This document shows positions 19,904 to 28,946 of a DNA stretch of 64,000 nt, in pieces (position 1 is the stretch's first letter; each line of letters begins with the position of its first letter). This DNA comes from a virus. The stretch lies in IMG/VR virus record IMGVR_UViG_3300030099_006533. One strand, 5' to 3'. The notes beneath the pieces are model-generated. The model made no database searches, was not told where the DNA came from, and worked only from the letters and a program-made list of their open reading frames with translations. A program made the translations under genes and the position numbers.

Positions 19904-20308
19904 ATGAGCAACAAAGTACCACTTGATGATGACGAAAGGATGCTGATTATTCAGTTTCTGAGTGTTATGCACAGTTGGTTTCAAGAAGAGAAGAAGGTTG
20001 CTGAACAAAATCTTGCAAACCTTTCACTACAAGAAGGCATCATCAAACTGCTGTTTGCGCGATTGGCCCGGACCAGTATTGTCAAGGATCCTGTCTTTAC
20101 TGAGGCTGGTAAAAATGTCTTTGCTGCTGAGGATGGGAATACAGACAACTGGTTTGATAACTTAAACAGGGAACGCCACCTGCTGAACGCCATGGATGAG
20201 GCTTTCACAGATACAGAGTTAGAACAAGAGACGGCGCCCATAGTGGACGATGGGTCTAACGTGATAGACTTTACAGCCAGAAAACTACATCGAGAAGAGG
20301 ATGAATAA
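19904..20308 (+). CDS. hypothetical protein
   Basis: Tiling ORF. Confidence 0.65.
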   Translation: MSNKVPLDDDERMLIIQFLSVMHSWFQEEKKVAEQNLANLSLQEGIIKLLFARLARTSIVKDPVFTEAGKNVFAAEDGNTDNWFDNLNRERHLLNAMDEAFTDTELEQETAPIVDDGSNVIDFTARKLHREEDE

Positions 20309-20540
20309 AATGTTTAAAGTTGGGGATCTTGTAGAGCATTCTCGTGGCCCGGGCCACCGTGGTATTATAACAGAGATCATTTCCACGCGCGCCTCGGGCC
20401 AGCCGCGAATCGTTAAGGTGTGTTGGTTTCCGCCAACCGGATTAGCAGTCAAAGCATCTAACCCTTGGCAGCTTAATAAGTTTGAGGGCGAAAAAAAAGT
20501 TTCATGTCTTGATCTTGTAAAGCTCTCCGCAGCACAATGA
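20301..20540 (+). CDS. SH3/KOW-like small protein
   Basis: FKVGDLVEH...GIITEI...VKVCW. Confidence 0.7.
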   Translation: MNKMFKVGDLVEHSRGPGHRGIITEIISTRASGQPRIVKVCWFPPTGLAVKASNPWQLNKFEGEKKVSCLDLVKLSAAQ

Positions 20541-20866
20541 AACCAAACTTTCCACCCCGGGGCTTGACAAAGGGCTCACTAGTTCGCATTAAGACGCGCT
20601 ATGTAATCCCCCCAGATGTGTTTAGTGCTCCAGACAATCCTGAAGATGATACTGAGATCGGTATTGTTGTTGACAATCCTCGTTTAGAAACAAGATTCAA
20701 AACAGATTTTTTAGACCACTGCGTCAGAAACGAGTCTCATCTTGAGGTGGAGCCCTCTCGGTATGTTTATATGATAAAAGTACATTGGCCTGCTTCCAAT
20801 GCCACAAGTTGGCACAATGTACAAGATTTAGACGTTTTGAGTATTTCGCGGGTACTTACTAAATGA
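20537..20866 (+). CDS. SH3/KOW-like small protein
   Basis: LTKGSLVRIK...IGIVVD...IKVHW...DLDVLS. Confidence 0.65.
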   Translation: MKPNFPPRGLTKGSLVRIKTRYVIPPDVFSAPDNPEDDTEIGIVVDNPRLETRFKTDFLDHCVRNESHLEVEPSRYVYMIKVHWPASNATSWHNVQDLDVLSISRVLTK

Positions 20867-20867
20867 G

Positions 20868-21185
20868 GTGCCCAAACAAGTTTCAGATACCCAGTATGTC
20901 CTTTCCGCTCCTCTGCGCCGCGGCGCTCTTGTACGTTGGATTGTTGATTACAGATTACTTGCCGCAGATCACAAGGGTAATATCTGGCCCCACAACCCAA
21001 AGTACGAGTATGGTATAGTGACAGAAGTGTCTAAGGTTGATCCATCGCACCTGATTGTGCTTAGCACAGGGTCCGGCTACTATTTCACTGCTCAACTTGG
21101 AGTAGACGAGATTGAGATTATTTCAAACGGCGCCCCCCGAGTTCTTGCCCCCACGGCGCAGGAGATACGAAAGTATGAAAAGTAA
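20868..21185 (+). CDS. SH3/KOW-like small protein
   Basis: LRRGALVRWI...YGIVTEV...EIEIIS. Confidence 0.65.
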   Translation: MPKQVSDTQYVLSAPLRRGALVRWIVDYRLLAADHKGNIWPHNPKYEYGIVTEVSKVDPSHLIVLSTGSGYYFTAQLGVDEIEIISNGAPRVLAPTAQEIRKYEK

Positions 21186-21273
21186 ACTTCGCGACGCCGG
21201 GCGGCGCCGCGGGGGTCGGGGGTTGAAAAAGTTCGCGCCAAAATTTTCCTCTTTTGGCAGATAGGTAGACAAC

Positions 21274-21489
21274 GTGAATGCAGAATATGACCAGTTTGAA
21301 GTGGGTGACTTGGTATCAGTCAGCGACCCATACTATCTTAACAATAAGCAGTTTGTTGTTGCCGATGTACCGTACATCACTGTTGGCATTATCTTGAGAA
21401 AGCAAAGAATAGAGAGCTTCTATACGGTATACGCAAACAACGAGCACTATCACAACGTACATGCATCTTGGATTACTAAACTAACATGA
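21274..21489 (+). CDS. SH3/KOW-like small protein
   Basis: FEVGDLVSVS...VGIIL. Confidence 0.65.
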   Translation: MNAEYDQFEVGDLVSVSDPYYLNNKQFVVADVPYITVGIILRKQRIESFYTVYANNEHYHNVHASWITKLT

Positions 21490-21662
21490 GCGATTCTTAC
21501 TACTACAAAATCATCTACCGAGAAGGCACTACTCAAAAGACTACTCTTATCTCGGCTTCATACTCGATTAAACGGATAAAGAAAATTCTCGCGGAAGTAC
21601 ATCCGAGTTGGGATATCATCCGTGTGCAAGCAACAGGAAAGAAAGTAGAACGTGTAGAATAA
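21486..21662 (+). CDS. 58-aa hypothetical protein
   Basis: Read manually: MSDSYYYKII...VERVE*; ATGA overlap. Confidence 0.55.
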   Translation: MSDSYYYKIIYREGTTQKTTLISASYSIKRIKKILAEVHPSWDIIRVQATGKKVERVE

Positions 21663-21699
21663 GTCTCTCTTTCGCCTTTACGGCGCCTACTTATACTAC

Positions 21700-22041
21700 A
21701 TGAGGGCCGATGAGAAAAGAGAAAAAATCCGCAAAGGTATGCTGGTGCGACCGGTTGTCTTCTTCTCAGACTGGCTGGGTGTGGTGCTAACCGAACCGTA
21801 CGAGTACGAGCCTACTGAGGAAGATGAGGATATGATGTCATATATCCCCTCGATCATGAACCCTAAAGCTAACTATTGGGAGGACGTATACGTTGTTGAT
21901 GTAATGTGGTTTAGTGAAGCGGGGGCAACACAGGAGTTCGTGGACTTCCTTGAGATTGTGTCCCCACCCCAGGATTGTTATGACGATCCAGATTATATTG
22001 CAAAAAGATGGGATTTTGACTGGACAGATGAGGATGAATGA
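21700..22041 (+). CDS. SH3/KOW-like acidic small protein
   Basis: IRKGMLVRPV...LGVVL...VDVMWF...LEIVS. Confidence 0.65.
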   Translation: MRADEKREKIRKGMLVRPVVFFSDWLGVVLTEPYEYEPTEEDEDMMSYIPSIMNPKANYWEDVYVVDVMWFSEAGATQEFVDFLEIVSPPQDCYDDPDYIAKRWDFDWTDEDE

Positions 22042-22066
22042 GATATACTATGAATGTAACTGAGAG

Positions 22067-22537
22067 GTGAACATGAAGATCGTATTTCTCCACGGGCTTG
22101 AATCGAGCCCTAACTCCACAAAGGCAACGTATCTGCGCTCAATGGGCCATAATGTTGTGGCCCCCCACCTTCCAAAGGATTTATGGGAGCAGTCTGTGAT
22201 GGAGGCACGCCGCGCCATTGAGCAGCACCAGCCTGATGTTGTTGTTGGTTCCTCGCGCGGTGGAGCCATCGCTATGACAGCTATGATCACGGGCCCGCGT
22301 GTGCCCACTGTGCTTGTCGCCCCTGCTTGGATGAAGTATTGTCCGTGGGCAACGACCACATCAGATACTGTTGTTGTTCACTCGACCGCGGACGATGTGG
22401 TTCCCCACAAAGATTCAGAGAAGCTGCAAGCCCACTTTGGTGTTAGGCTTGTTTCTGCTGGCTCCTCCCATAGAATGAGTGATCCCGAGGCACTGGAAGC
22501 TATTGTTTCGGCATGCGAGGGCCTTATCAATGACTGA
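22067..22537 (+). CDS. alpha/beta hydrolase (YqiA/UPF0227-like)
   Basis: VFLHGLESSPNSTKA, VVGSSRGG, HS..DDVVP, SSH. Confidence 0.85.
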   Translation: MNMKIVFLHGLESSPNSTKATYLRSMGHNVVAPHLPKDLWEQSVMEARRAIEQHQPDVVVGSSRGGAIAMTAMITGPRVPTVLVAPAWMKYCPWATTTSDTVVVHSTADDVVPHKDSEKLQAHFGVRLVSAGSSHRMSDPEALEAIVSACEGLIND

Positions 22538-22715
22538 TGCTGAAGCCATTGACATTGCAGAGGGCATGGTCGAGCCTCAGAGCGAAGAAGAATACTATGC
22601 AGCATGGCAACACCTTATTGATCGCGGGCTTGCGTGGAGTCTGCAAGGATGGTTTGGGAGAACAGCGCACCGACTCATCCTGGCGGGGCATTGTCGCCCA
22701 CCGGATGCTGCTTGA
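22530..22715 (+). CDS. conserved phage hypothetical protein
   Basis: AWQHLIDRGLAWSLQGWFGRTA; stop lies inside a TTGACA box. Confidence 0.65.
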   Translation: MTDAEAIDIAEGMVEPQSEEEYYAAWQHLIDRGLAWSLQGWFGRTAHRLILAGHCRPPDAA

Positions 22716-22765
22716 CAACTTTTTTTCATTTGGGCCTTGACAAACGAACCTGGAGCCATTATATT
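22712..22765 (+). promoter_or_regulatory. multi-box promoter (degenerate middle box)
   Basis: TTGACA 22712, TTTTCA 22723, TTGACA 22737, N17, TATATT 22760. Confidence 0.7.
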
Positions 22766-22782
22766 ATAGGTGGAGGTTAGGA

Positions 22783-23025
22783 ATGACAGACAGACCATCG
22801 AATGTTTCAGGCTCTTCGTCTACCGAAGAGGTCGATGTGCTCACTGCCGAGCTTCGCGCCATGAACTTCGCGAAGAACCTGATGTATAGCACCCAGTTCC
22901 ACGAGATTCTACCATTGATTGAGGAGATTCAGCAGTGCGACGACGATGACCCTAGGCTGTTGCTTATCAATGCTGTGTTGAATGAGGCCCTCGAAACTTT
23001 CCCCCTTGCAGATTGCGACGTATAA
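22783..23025 (+). CDS. hypothetical protein
   Basis: GGAGG RBS, downstream of promoter. Confidence 0.65.
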   Translation: MTDRPSNVSGSSSTEEVDVLTAELRAMNFAKNLMYSTQFHEILPLIEEIQQCDDDDPRLLLINAVLNEALETFPLADCDV

Positions 23026-23301
23026 ATGAAGACTGTTATTGTTATTGACACCGAAGATCCTACCGGCATGGAGAGCACCCGGCTCATCGTGGATCACCTG
23101 ATGAAGACCCACCATAAGATTCCTTATGATAGAAACGATCCGTTTGGCTCTAAGATCCAGGCGATCAAAACTATCCGTGAGTATGTCAGATTCTGCAAGG
23201 AACACTGGCCCGATGACTGGCAGGACGCTATCGGTTCCCTCCGCGCGTCGAAGTCTTATGTTGATTCGCTCACCAATGCTAAGTTCTCAACGAGACTTTG
23301 A
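23026..23301 (+). CDS. hypothetical protein with possible L7/L12 CTD-like motif
   Basis: KIQAIKTIREY...LRASKSYVD. Confidence 0.5.
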   Translation: MKTVIVIDTEDPTGMESTRLIVDHLMKTHHKIPYDRNDPFGSKIQAIKTIREYVRFCKEHWPDDWQDAIGSLRASKSYVDSLTNAKFSTRL

Positions 23302-23528
23302 TGGGAACGCACAGACAAAAGGTAAACTTTGAGATGGGCGAGCTGGTTAGAGTGGTCGATAACACTTTTCAAGAGGGAATGTCGCCCACCCGCGTGGGGG
23401 TTATTACCGGAGTCGGTCAAGACGATTCGGGTTTCCACACAGGGGTGTATGAAGTTCTCTTCGCATCTAGCGAGGGCACACTAAAGATGCAGTTCTGGCA
23501 CAAGTTTTTGGAGAAGGTTGTAGTATGA
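23298..23528 (+). CDS. SH3/KOW-like small protein
   Basis: FEMGELVRVV...VGVIT...YEVLF...FLEKV. Confidence 0.65.
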   Translation: MMGTHRQKVNFEMGELVRVVDNTFQEGMSPTRVGVITGVGQDDSGFHTGVYEVLFASSEGTLKMQFWHKFLEKVVV

Positions 23529-23848
23529 GACAAGTCATCCTTGCATTTATTATCGGATTCACAGTCACCGCATGCACCGAGCGTGCAGTTCGCAATGGCG
23601 GTACTTCCGCACTGGAGCGGCGATGTGAGCCGGTGCTTGCCGAGATTCTACAGATTCAGGATCTGAGGCTGCTCAATAATCACGCCCTGAACCACAAGAG
23701 GGCTGAGGGTGTTCTGACTCCTGACGATGTTGAGTCTTGGAAGGCTGTGGAAGAGGAGCTTGGTTCGCGTGTGAACCATCTTTATAATGTCGCTGACCGT
23801 CGCAAGTGCTTTGATGGTGTCGAGCAAATGTTCTTGACATTCTCTTGA
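23525..23848 (+). CDS. putative lipoprotein
   Basis: Signal-like N-terminus ending VTAC. Confidence 0.6.
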   Translation: MRQVILAFIIGFTVTACTERAVRNGGTSALERRCEPVLAEILQIQDLRLLNNHALNHKRAEGVLTPDDVESWKAVEEELGSRVNHLYNVADRRKCFDGVEQMFLTFS

Positions 23849-23888
23849 CAAAAAAGTTCTTGCAATCCAAAATCCAGCGTGGTATATT
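23834..23888 (+). promoter_or_regulatory. triple-box promoter
   Basis: TTGACA 23834, TTGACA 23845, TTGCAA 23860, N17, TATATT 23883. Confidence 0.85.
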
Positions 23889-23911
23889 ATAGAAGATGAA
23901 AGGAGAGCCCC

Positions 23912-24244
23912 ATGGCCGATTGGTATGTAAGTCAGGTAAATGTTCGCGAAGGCAACCCCGCAGAGGGAGAGCCCGCGCTAGTTGTCGATGAGAAGGTGCT
24001 AACCATCAAGGCACCGTATCGAGCAGCGCAGCGTTCTTATAACGTATTCCGCTCACTGGGCACGCCCAACATCGGGCTTTATCCGTGGGAGACTAACAAG
24101 AAGTCTTATGCTGCATCACTCAAGGCACAGAAGCGCCGCAAGTCTAAGAAGCTGACGAAGGCTGATCTGGCCCCCGCTCTCATGGAGCTTGCAAAGGAGG
24201 ACGCAGCGCGTGAAACCGCAGAGACAGAAACTCAAGAGGGGTGA
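23912..24244 (+). CDS. hypothetical protein
   Basis: AAGGAG RBS after promoter. Confidence 0.7.
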   Translation: MADWYVSQVNVREGNPAEGEPALVVDEKVLTIKAPYRAAQRSYNVFRSLGTPNIGLYPWETNKKSYAASLKAQKRRKSKKLTKADLAPALMELAKEDAARETAETETQEG

Positions 24245-24410
24245 TCTAGTGACCCTCAAACGTGTGGGCGCACCAAACTATAGAGGTATCGTATTGGAAA
24301 CCGATGAATCTCCCATCTGGCCCAGCGCACGGATCATCTTCTATACAGATTCTTATAGCAAAGAAGTAACAGTAAATCAAAACCTATATGGACTAAGGAA
24401 ACTAACATGA
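24189..24410 (+). CDS. SH3/KOW-like small protein
   Basis: LKRGDLVTLK...RGIVLE; exact start uncertain. Confidence 0.55.
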   Translation: MQRRTQRVKPQRQKLKRGDLVTLKRVGAPNYRGIVLETDESPIWPSARIIFYTDSYSKEVTVNQNLYGLRKLT

Positions 24411-24607
24411 TGTTTGAAGTAGGACAAGCCGTAACCATCGACAGCAACGATTACATGAACTCACTCCCCGGCGTCGTCCTTGACGTTAGTGCGTCAAGTG
24501 GTGGCGTCGAGACTATGTATACTGTGGATGTTGAAGACCACGGAACCCAGTATTTCTATGGTCACGACCTCATCAACGCAGAGGAGTCTATCAGTGTTTT
24601 CCGATAG
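24407..24607 (+). CDS. SH3/KOW-like small protein
   Basis: FEVGQAVTI...GVVLDV...YTVDV. Confidence 0.65.
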   Translation: MMFEVGQAVTIDSNDYMNSLPGVVLDVSASSGGVETMYTVDVEDHGTQYFYGHDLINAEESISVFR

Positions 24608-24806
24608 TCAACTAAACGTATTGAGTGGGCTACTTGCCCGACGTCAAGACCCCGCAGTTTCAAGCTCTGACTATGATTCACTTATGAGTGTGGTTCAGTC
24701 CCTTCAAGCCATGCGCTCACGCGACTCCATCGAGGATGCAAGGCGGCATGCCACCGATGGGCCCGACAACATTCCCCAGCCCTTCAACGATCCACTAGAT
24801 TGGTAA
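24594..24806 (+). CDS. hypothetical protein
   Basis: GTG start after GAGGAG, overlapping the previous stop. Confidence 0.5.
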   Translation: MFSDSQLNVLSGLLARRQDPAVSSSDYDSLMSVVQSLQAMRSRDSIEDARRHATDGPDNIPQPFNDPLDW

Positions 24807-24810
24807 TATA

Positions 24811-25122
24811 ATGATGCACAGATATAAGCGAGTAGTATGCAAGGACGGATTCTCAGTTAGCATTCAGGCTAGTGAGACTAACTATTCTGACCCGAGAGAG
24901 ACACATGCCGAAAGGTATACTGCTGTCGAGCTAGGGTTCCCGAGCCACAGGGAAGAACTAATCCTAGAGTGGGCCGAAGATGCTGACCGACCTACTGAGA
25001 CGGTCTACGGATACGTTCCTGTCACGACCGTGAATCTAGTAATCGCAAAGCATGGTGGCATTATTGCGGGGGAGACACCGCCCGGAGTTGTACCACTTTA
25101 CTGTGAAGGATACGAAAAGTAA
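24811..25122 (+). CDS. conserved phage hypothetical protein
   Basis: CKDGFSVSIQAS..NYSDPR...VELGFPS. Confidence 0.7.
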   Translation: MMHRYKRVVCKDGFSVSIQASETNYSDPRETHAERYTAVELGFPSHREELILEWAEDADRPTETVYGYVPVTTVNLVIAKHGGIIAGETPPGVVPLYCEGYEK

Positions 25123-25135
25123 ACTTCTAGCTTTT

Positions 25136-25221
25136 GGCCGAGTGGTGGAATAGGCAGACACGACGGATTCAAAATCCGTTGCTCATTGAGCGTGCGGGTT
25201 CAAGTCCCGCCTCGGCTACCA
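25136..25221 (+). tRNA. tRNA-Leu(CAA)
   Basis: GGCCGAG/CTCGGCT acceptor stem, ACGGA-TT-CAA-AA-TCCGT, long variable arm, GGTTCAAG, encoded CCA. Confidence 0.95.
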
Positions 25222-25237
25222 ACTTTGTAGGAACACA

Positions 25238-25429
25238 ATGATTATATTGTTTATGCTTTTGATGGGTTCGGAATATCCTGAACAGCCTTCCCCTTGTGTG
25301 ATTGATGTGTGCGAAGAAAAGACATGTACAGTCGAGACACCAGAGGGCTGGGTTGATGTACCTAGGCGAGATCATTACGAAGAAGGCATGAGAATCGAGT
25401 GTCCCTTTTGGTTGATTGATCCAACGTAG
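25238..25429 (+). CDS. small Cys-containing exported protein
   Basis: Hydrophobic N-terminus, four Cys. Confidence 0.55.
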   Translation: MIILFMLLMGSEYPEQPSPCVIDVCEEKTCTVETPEGWVDVPRRDHYEEGMRIECPFWLIDPT

Positions 25430-25455
25430 CCTAGTTACCATAGGAGGGCACAATC

Positions 25456-25635
25456 ATGTCAATCATTCCACTGGATAAGCTAGAGCAACTAAGAAGAGAA
25501 CAAGGACAGGAGAACACTGTTGAAGAACGACCAGCCCTTTACGCACCCGAGCCCCCGATGGAGTTTGTTTCCGGCTCCGCTGATGATGATGACGCACCAG
25601 AGCGGGGCGTCACGATTATAGACTTTACGGTATAG
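25456..25635 (+). CDS. 59-aa acidic hypothetical protein
   Basis: Read manually; AGGAGG RBS; CTAGTTA motif upstream. Confidence 0.6.
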   Translation: MSIIPLDKLEQLRREQGQENTVEERPALYAPEPPMEFVSGSADDDDAPERGVTIIDFTV

Positions 25636-25644
25636 TGAACGCTC

Positions 25645-25857
25645 ATGTTGTTTGATCCACAAGTTGGTGATTTAGTTAGGCCGCGTACTTGGTGCGAGCA
25701 AGGAAGAAATATAGGCATCGTTGTGTCAACTGGTGAGGGTGTGTTTGAAGATCAGATAAAGGTATTTTGGGACAAACCAGTATGGTATGACCCCGACGAT
25801 GGGTACTCGGTTGAGTATGGCCCAGAAATGGAGATAATCAGTGCAGCGCGGAGATAA
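25645..25857 (+). CDS. SH3/KOW-like small protein
   Basis: PQVGDLVRP...IGIVV...IKVFW...MEIIS. Confidence 0.7.
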   Translation: MLFDPQVGDLVRPRTWCEQGRNIGIVVSTGEGVFEDQIKVFWDKPVWYDPDDGYSVEYGPEMEIISAARR

Positions 25858-26011
25858 AGTAAGGGCAACATGGACTGATGGTCTTGTCATAGTTGGTAAG
25901 TATGATCGAATCGAGCGCGGATATGTAATCTTGCTAGATGATTCAGGCAAGCGTATTGTATGCAACCCTGACGTCGTTGAGTTTGAACTCGTGAACATCA
26001 AAGAGGAGTAA
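25841..26011 (+). CDS. 56-aa SH3-like small protein
   Basis: Read manually: MQRGDKVRATW...; GTG start overlaps the previous gene end. Confidence 0.55.
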   Translation: MQRGDKVRATWTDGLVIVGKYDRIERGYVILLDDSGKRIVCNPDVVEFELVNIKEE

Positions 26012-26014
26012 TAT

Positions 26015-26272
26015 ATGTCAGCAACAACGCTCATTATCATCGCTTGCTTGATTGCTTATGTTATTGGATATTTCGTTGGCGCTTACGTTCAGCGAATGAA
26101 GTATGGTATGATCGACTGGGTGTGCCTACGATGGAACAAGGATAGCCTAGGCTACCGGCCAGTCGCAGATGGACAGGTGCTACACAGGGGACAAAGGGTG
26201 ATGTTGGCGCTTCCGATCCCTACAGATGATTTGCCCGAAGAAGGCATGCCATGGGGAGATAGCCGTTCTTGA
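26015..26272 (+). CDS. membrane-anchored hypothetical protein
   Basis: N-terminal TM; stop inside TTGACA. Confidence 0.65.
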   Translation: MSATTLIIIACLIAYVIGYFVGAYVQRMKYGMIDWVCLRWNKDSLGYRPVADGQVLHRGQRVMLALPIPTDDLPEEGMPWGDSRS

Positions 26273-26323
26273 CATTTCCTTGACAAAATAGTTGTTGACA
26301 ACCTGACTCGCATGGGCTATATT
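26269..26323 (+). promoter_or_regulatory. triple-box promoter
   Basis: TTGACA 26269, 26280, 26295; N17; TATATT 26318. Confidence 0.88.
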
Positions 26324-26325
26324 AT

Positions 26326-26661
26326 ATGCATAACAAGGAGCGAAATATGTCCGACTTTCTAAACATCCGTGTAACTGAATCAGAGCTTGATCTGATCATG
26401 CTACTTCTTGAGCAAGCTGGCTCTATGGAGGATTCCAATGGGCAGCCAGCCTTTGAGTTGCTTCACGACCTGATGGAGCAATCTGGAAACAGTGAAGAGT
26501 GGGAGACTACTGATCTTGAGGGCCGCACCTTCACCGTGGCCGAGGATGACTTTATCAAGATGGGCGAAAACGCCCGTGAGCAAGCTAAACTAAACAGTAA
26601 ACTAATGATGGGCACTCAAAGTGGTGTCGATGTGTGGACCCTTCACGGTCTGGAGGACTAA
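26326..26661 (+). CDS. acidic hypothetical protein
   Basis: ORF after promoter; true start probably 26347 after AAGGAG. Confidence 0.65.
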   Translation: MHNKERNMSDFLNIRVTESELDLIMLLLEQAGSMEDSNGQPAFELLHDLMEQSGNSEEWETTDLEGRTFTVAEDDFIKMGENAREQAKLNSKLMMGTQSGVDVWTLHGLED

Positions 26662-26855
26662 TGGCAGAATGTATTGAATGTGGCGCAGAGTATAGTGATC
26701 GGCGCTTGGCTCTAGGGTATCGTACTTGTTTGGACTGTGGTGATGCTTCTGCTCGCTCTACCATCCGAGCTAGGACCGCGGCGAACCTGCGGGCAATGGC
26801 CCCGAATCATTACACAGGTGACGTCCGTGAGGTACTTGACAAGCGGCCTGACTAA
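26661..26855 (+). CDS. Zn-ribbon small protein
   Basis: CIECG...GYRTCLDCG. Confidence 0.7.
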   Translation: MAECIECGAEYSDRRLALGYRTCLDCGDASARSTIRARTAANLRAMAPNHYTGDVREVLDKRPD

Positions 26856-26913
26856 CGCTTGACATTCTCTTTACAACTTTCCCCTTGATCTTCTTCTCTG
26901 CATGGGGTATATT
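26836..26913 (+). promoter_or_regulatory. five-box promoter
   Basis: TTGACA 26836, CTGACT 26848, TTGACA 26859, TTTACA 26870, TTGATC 26885, N17, TATATT 26908. Confidence 0.88.
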
Positions 26914-26941
26914 ATAGAAGTAATCAGCAAGGAGTATAGCG

Positions 26942-27295
26942 ATGATGAGAGTGTGCGTCCACTGTGAGAGCGACTTCGATGACCAGTCCCGTGCAAAGCG
27001 TGAAGCTGGGGGTCGAATCAACGAGTGTCCTGATTGTGTGGAAGAACTCGGTACAGAGACAACAGTAAAGTATCTAGGGTTGCAGGCCGGCGATGGCAAG
27101 AGCAACGCTATCTCTATCGTGGCCTTTGAGTCAGACGAGGATCGGGATTCGTACTCACGCGCATGGAAGGCTGTGACTGGATTCCACAAGGGTAAGTCCT
27201 GTCATCTGTCAGGCTCAAACACTACCATCGGCAACCGTCCAATGCGCCACGTTGCTTACAACGCAGGCAACGCAAACCACAAGGGGAAGGCATGA
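26942..27295 (+). CDS. Zn-ribbon hypothetical protein
   Basis: CVHC...ECPDC; AAGGAG RBS. Confidence 0.7.
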   Translation: MMRVCVHCESDFDDQSRAKREAGGRINECPDCVEELGTETTVKYLGLQAGDGKSNAISIVAFESDEDRDSYSRAWKAVTGFHKGKSCHLSGSNTTIGNRPMRHVAYNAGNANHKGKA

Positions 27296-27468
27296 GAGTT
27301 GGTGATTTAGTAAAAGTAAAGTTGAAGCGCCGCGAAGACACCCTAGGTCTTGTGGTCGAGGTCAAGCAAGATGATAGCAACCGCATCATCATTGTCCAGC
27401 CAGTAAACCCCGGCTTGCAGGTCTATGCCAACCCGGTCGATGTGGAGGTGATCAGTGAAAGTAGGTGA
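27292..27468 (+). CDS. 58-aa MRVGDLV SH3/KOW-like protein
   Basis: Read manually: MRVGDLVKVK...LGLVVEV...VEVISESR*. Confidence 0.65.
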   Translation: MRVGDLVKVKLKRREDTLGLVVEVKQDDSNRIIIVQPVNPGLQVYANPVDVEVISESR

Positions 27469-27646
27469 TATTGTTAGACATTTTCTTACCGAGCAGATCG
27501 GTATTGTGCTAGAGGTACGCAAGGGTACTAGGGTTGCACTTTCCGCAGCAAACGTACTTTGGACCACGCAAGGCGATTCGCTTTTCGGCCCCGGCCACAA
27601 AGAATGGTGCTGGCAAAAAAGTTTGGATCTCTTGACAAATGCTTGA
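27455..27646 (+). CDS. MKVGDIV SH3/KOW-like protein
   Basis: MKVGDIVRH...IGIVLEV...NVLW. Confidence 0.7.
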   Translation: MKVGDIVRHFLTEQIGIVLEVRKGTRVALSAANVLWTTQGDSLFGPGHKEWCWQKSLDLLTNA

Positions 27647-27686
27647 CAAAAGAATCCTTGACCCCAGCACTGGGCAGTGATATATT
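27632..27686 (+). promoter_or_regulatory. triple-box promoter
   Basis: TTGACA 27632, 27643; TTGACC 27658; N17; TATATT 27681. Confidence 0.88.
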
Positions 27687-27709
27687 AGTAGAGTACAAAG
27701 GAGATACGC

Positions 27710-27946
27710 ATGGATTATGATAGAGAGTTTCAGGTATACACTGACAACCATCAGTGTGAGGACTTTGAGGTGCCCTACATTGGTTCGCCTGCCACGCTGG
27801 TCATCGCTGCCCGGGATCTGCTGGCATCGAAGGACTATGACACCAGTCACCGCGAGTACCTTAGTCAGTTTGGCAACCGCGTGCTTGTGATGCAGCGCAC
27901 CGCAGATCAGAGCCCCGGCTGGTGGCGTGTGACGGAGGTACACTAA
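27710..27946 (+). CDS. hypothetical protein
   Basis: AAAGGAG RBS. Confidence 0.65.
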   Translation: MDYDREFQVYTDNHQCEDFEVPYIGSPATLVIAARDLLASKDYDTSHREYLSQFGNRVLVMQRTADQSPGWWRVTEVH

Positions 27947-28242
27947 TGCAGTTCTGGCATGCATCAATCACCCATGAAGGCGAACACGCAGTCACCACCC
28001 ACTTGACAGAAGAAGGGGCCTTGCGGGCCGCTATCTTTGACGTTATGGAGTTCATGGGTCTTGAAGATGGTGAGGAACGCATGAACCGCGATCAAGACGT
28101 TGATCTAGTCACTGACCATAAGGTGATTATGGAGGCAAGTCTTGATCAGTTGCGGCGATGGTGGCCCACATGGTGCGAGGAAACATGGGATAACCCATAT
28201 AGCTATGACGTACAAATCACAACGAGTGACCTGCAAGCATGA
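27946..28242 (+). CDS. hypothetical protein
   Basis: GGAGG RBS, TAATG overlap. Confidence 0.65.
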   Translation: MQFWHASITHEGEHAVTTHLTEEGALRAAIFDVMEFMGLEDGEERMNRDQDVDLVTDHKVIMEASLDQLRRWWPTWCEETWDNPYSYDVQITTSDLQA

Positions 28243-28547
28243 GTATGGAACTACCAGTAAAAGTAACTTGGCCCCCGTGCCTCGCAAACATCGGATTCAA
28301 GCGATTCGCGATCAGCGGTGGAACTTGGATCGAAGTACCACTTGATACCACTCGCGACGAACTAGGGCTTTACATGGTTTGGGATCGCCCGAAGATTGAC
28401 ACAGTTGAACGAATGACATGGGAGGTCGAGGGCAGCAAGGGCAACGTGTATAAAGTAACCTTGACTGGTGATCACTGGTCATGTACTTGCCCCGGCTTCA
28501 GGTGGCGTAACTCATGCAAGCATATCGAGGCGAAAAAAGCGGGATGA
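28239..28547 (+). CDS. SWIM zinc-finger protein
   Basis: GSKGNVYKV...WSCTCPGF...CKHI. Confidence 0.85.
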   Translation: MSMELPVKVTWPPCLANIGFKRFAISGGTWIEVPLDTTRDELGLYMVWDRPKIDTVERMTWEVEGSKGNVYKVTLTGDHWSCTCPGFRWRNSCKHIEAKKAG

Positions 28548-28756
28548 AAGTTATTGATTTACACGGTGTTAGACACAAAGATATTTATGGAATGATCGAA
28601 GGTCCGTGTGTGGACGGCGAATATCCGTTCATTGTTGTCACGGGCAAATCTGAAACAATGAAAAGGATCGTGACGCAGATTGTTGGAACATTCGGTCTAC
28701 ACACCAAAGAGAAGCTAGGCAACAGCGGGAGGCTTGTAATCTGTGAAAGTCGGTGA
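28544..28756 (+). CDS. stand-alone Smr-like domain protein
   Basis: IDLHG...VVTGKS..MKRIV...NSGRLVI. Confidence 0.6.
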   Translation: MKVIDLHGVRHKDIYGMIEGPCVDGEYPFIVVTGKSETMKRIVTQIVGTFGLHTKEKLGNSGRLVICESR

Positions 28757-28946
28757 TCTAGTCAAGATGCCGGGAACCATGCATCGCGACGATGCCGAGG
28801 TGATAGGCGTGGTTACTCGCACCAGACCCGATGGGATCAATCGAGGCACGCCCCACCTTCATCGCGTTCAGATTTACTGGATTCAAGACAATGAGTATTC
28901 ATGGGAGCCCGCGAAGTGGTTGGAGGTGATCAGTGAAAGTCGGTGA
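28743..28946 (+). CDS. MKVGDLV SH3/KOW-like protein
   Basis: MKVGDLVK...IGVVT...VQIYW...LEVISESR*. Confidence 0.75.
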   Translation: MKVGDLVKMPGTMHRDDAEVIGVVTRTRPDGINRGTPHLHRVQIYWIQDNEYSWEPAKWLEVISESR

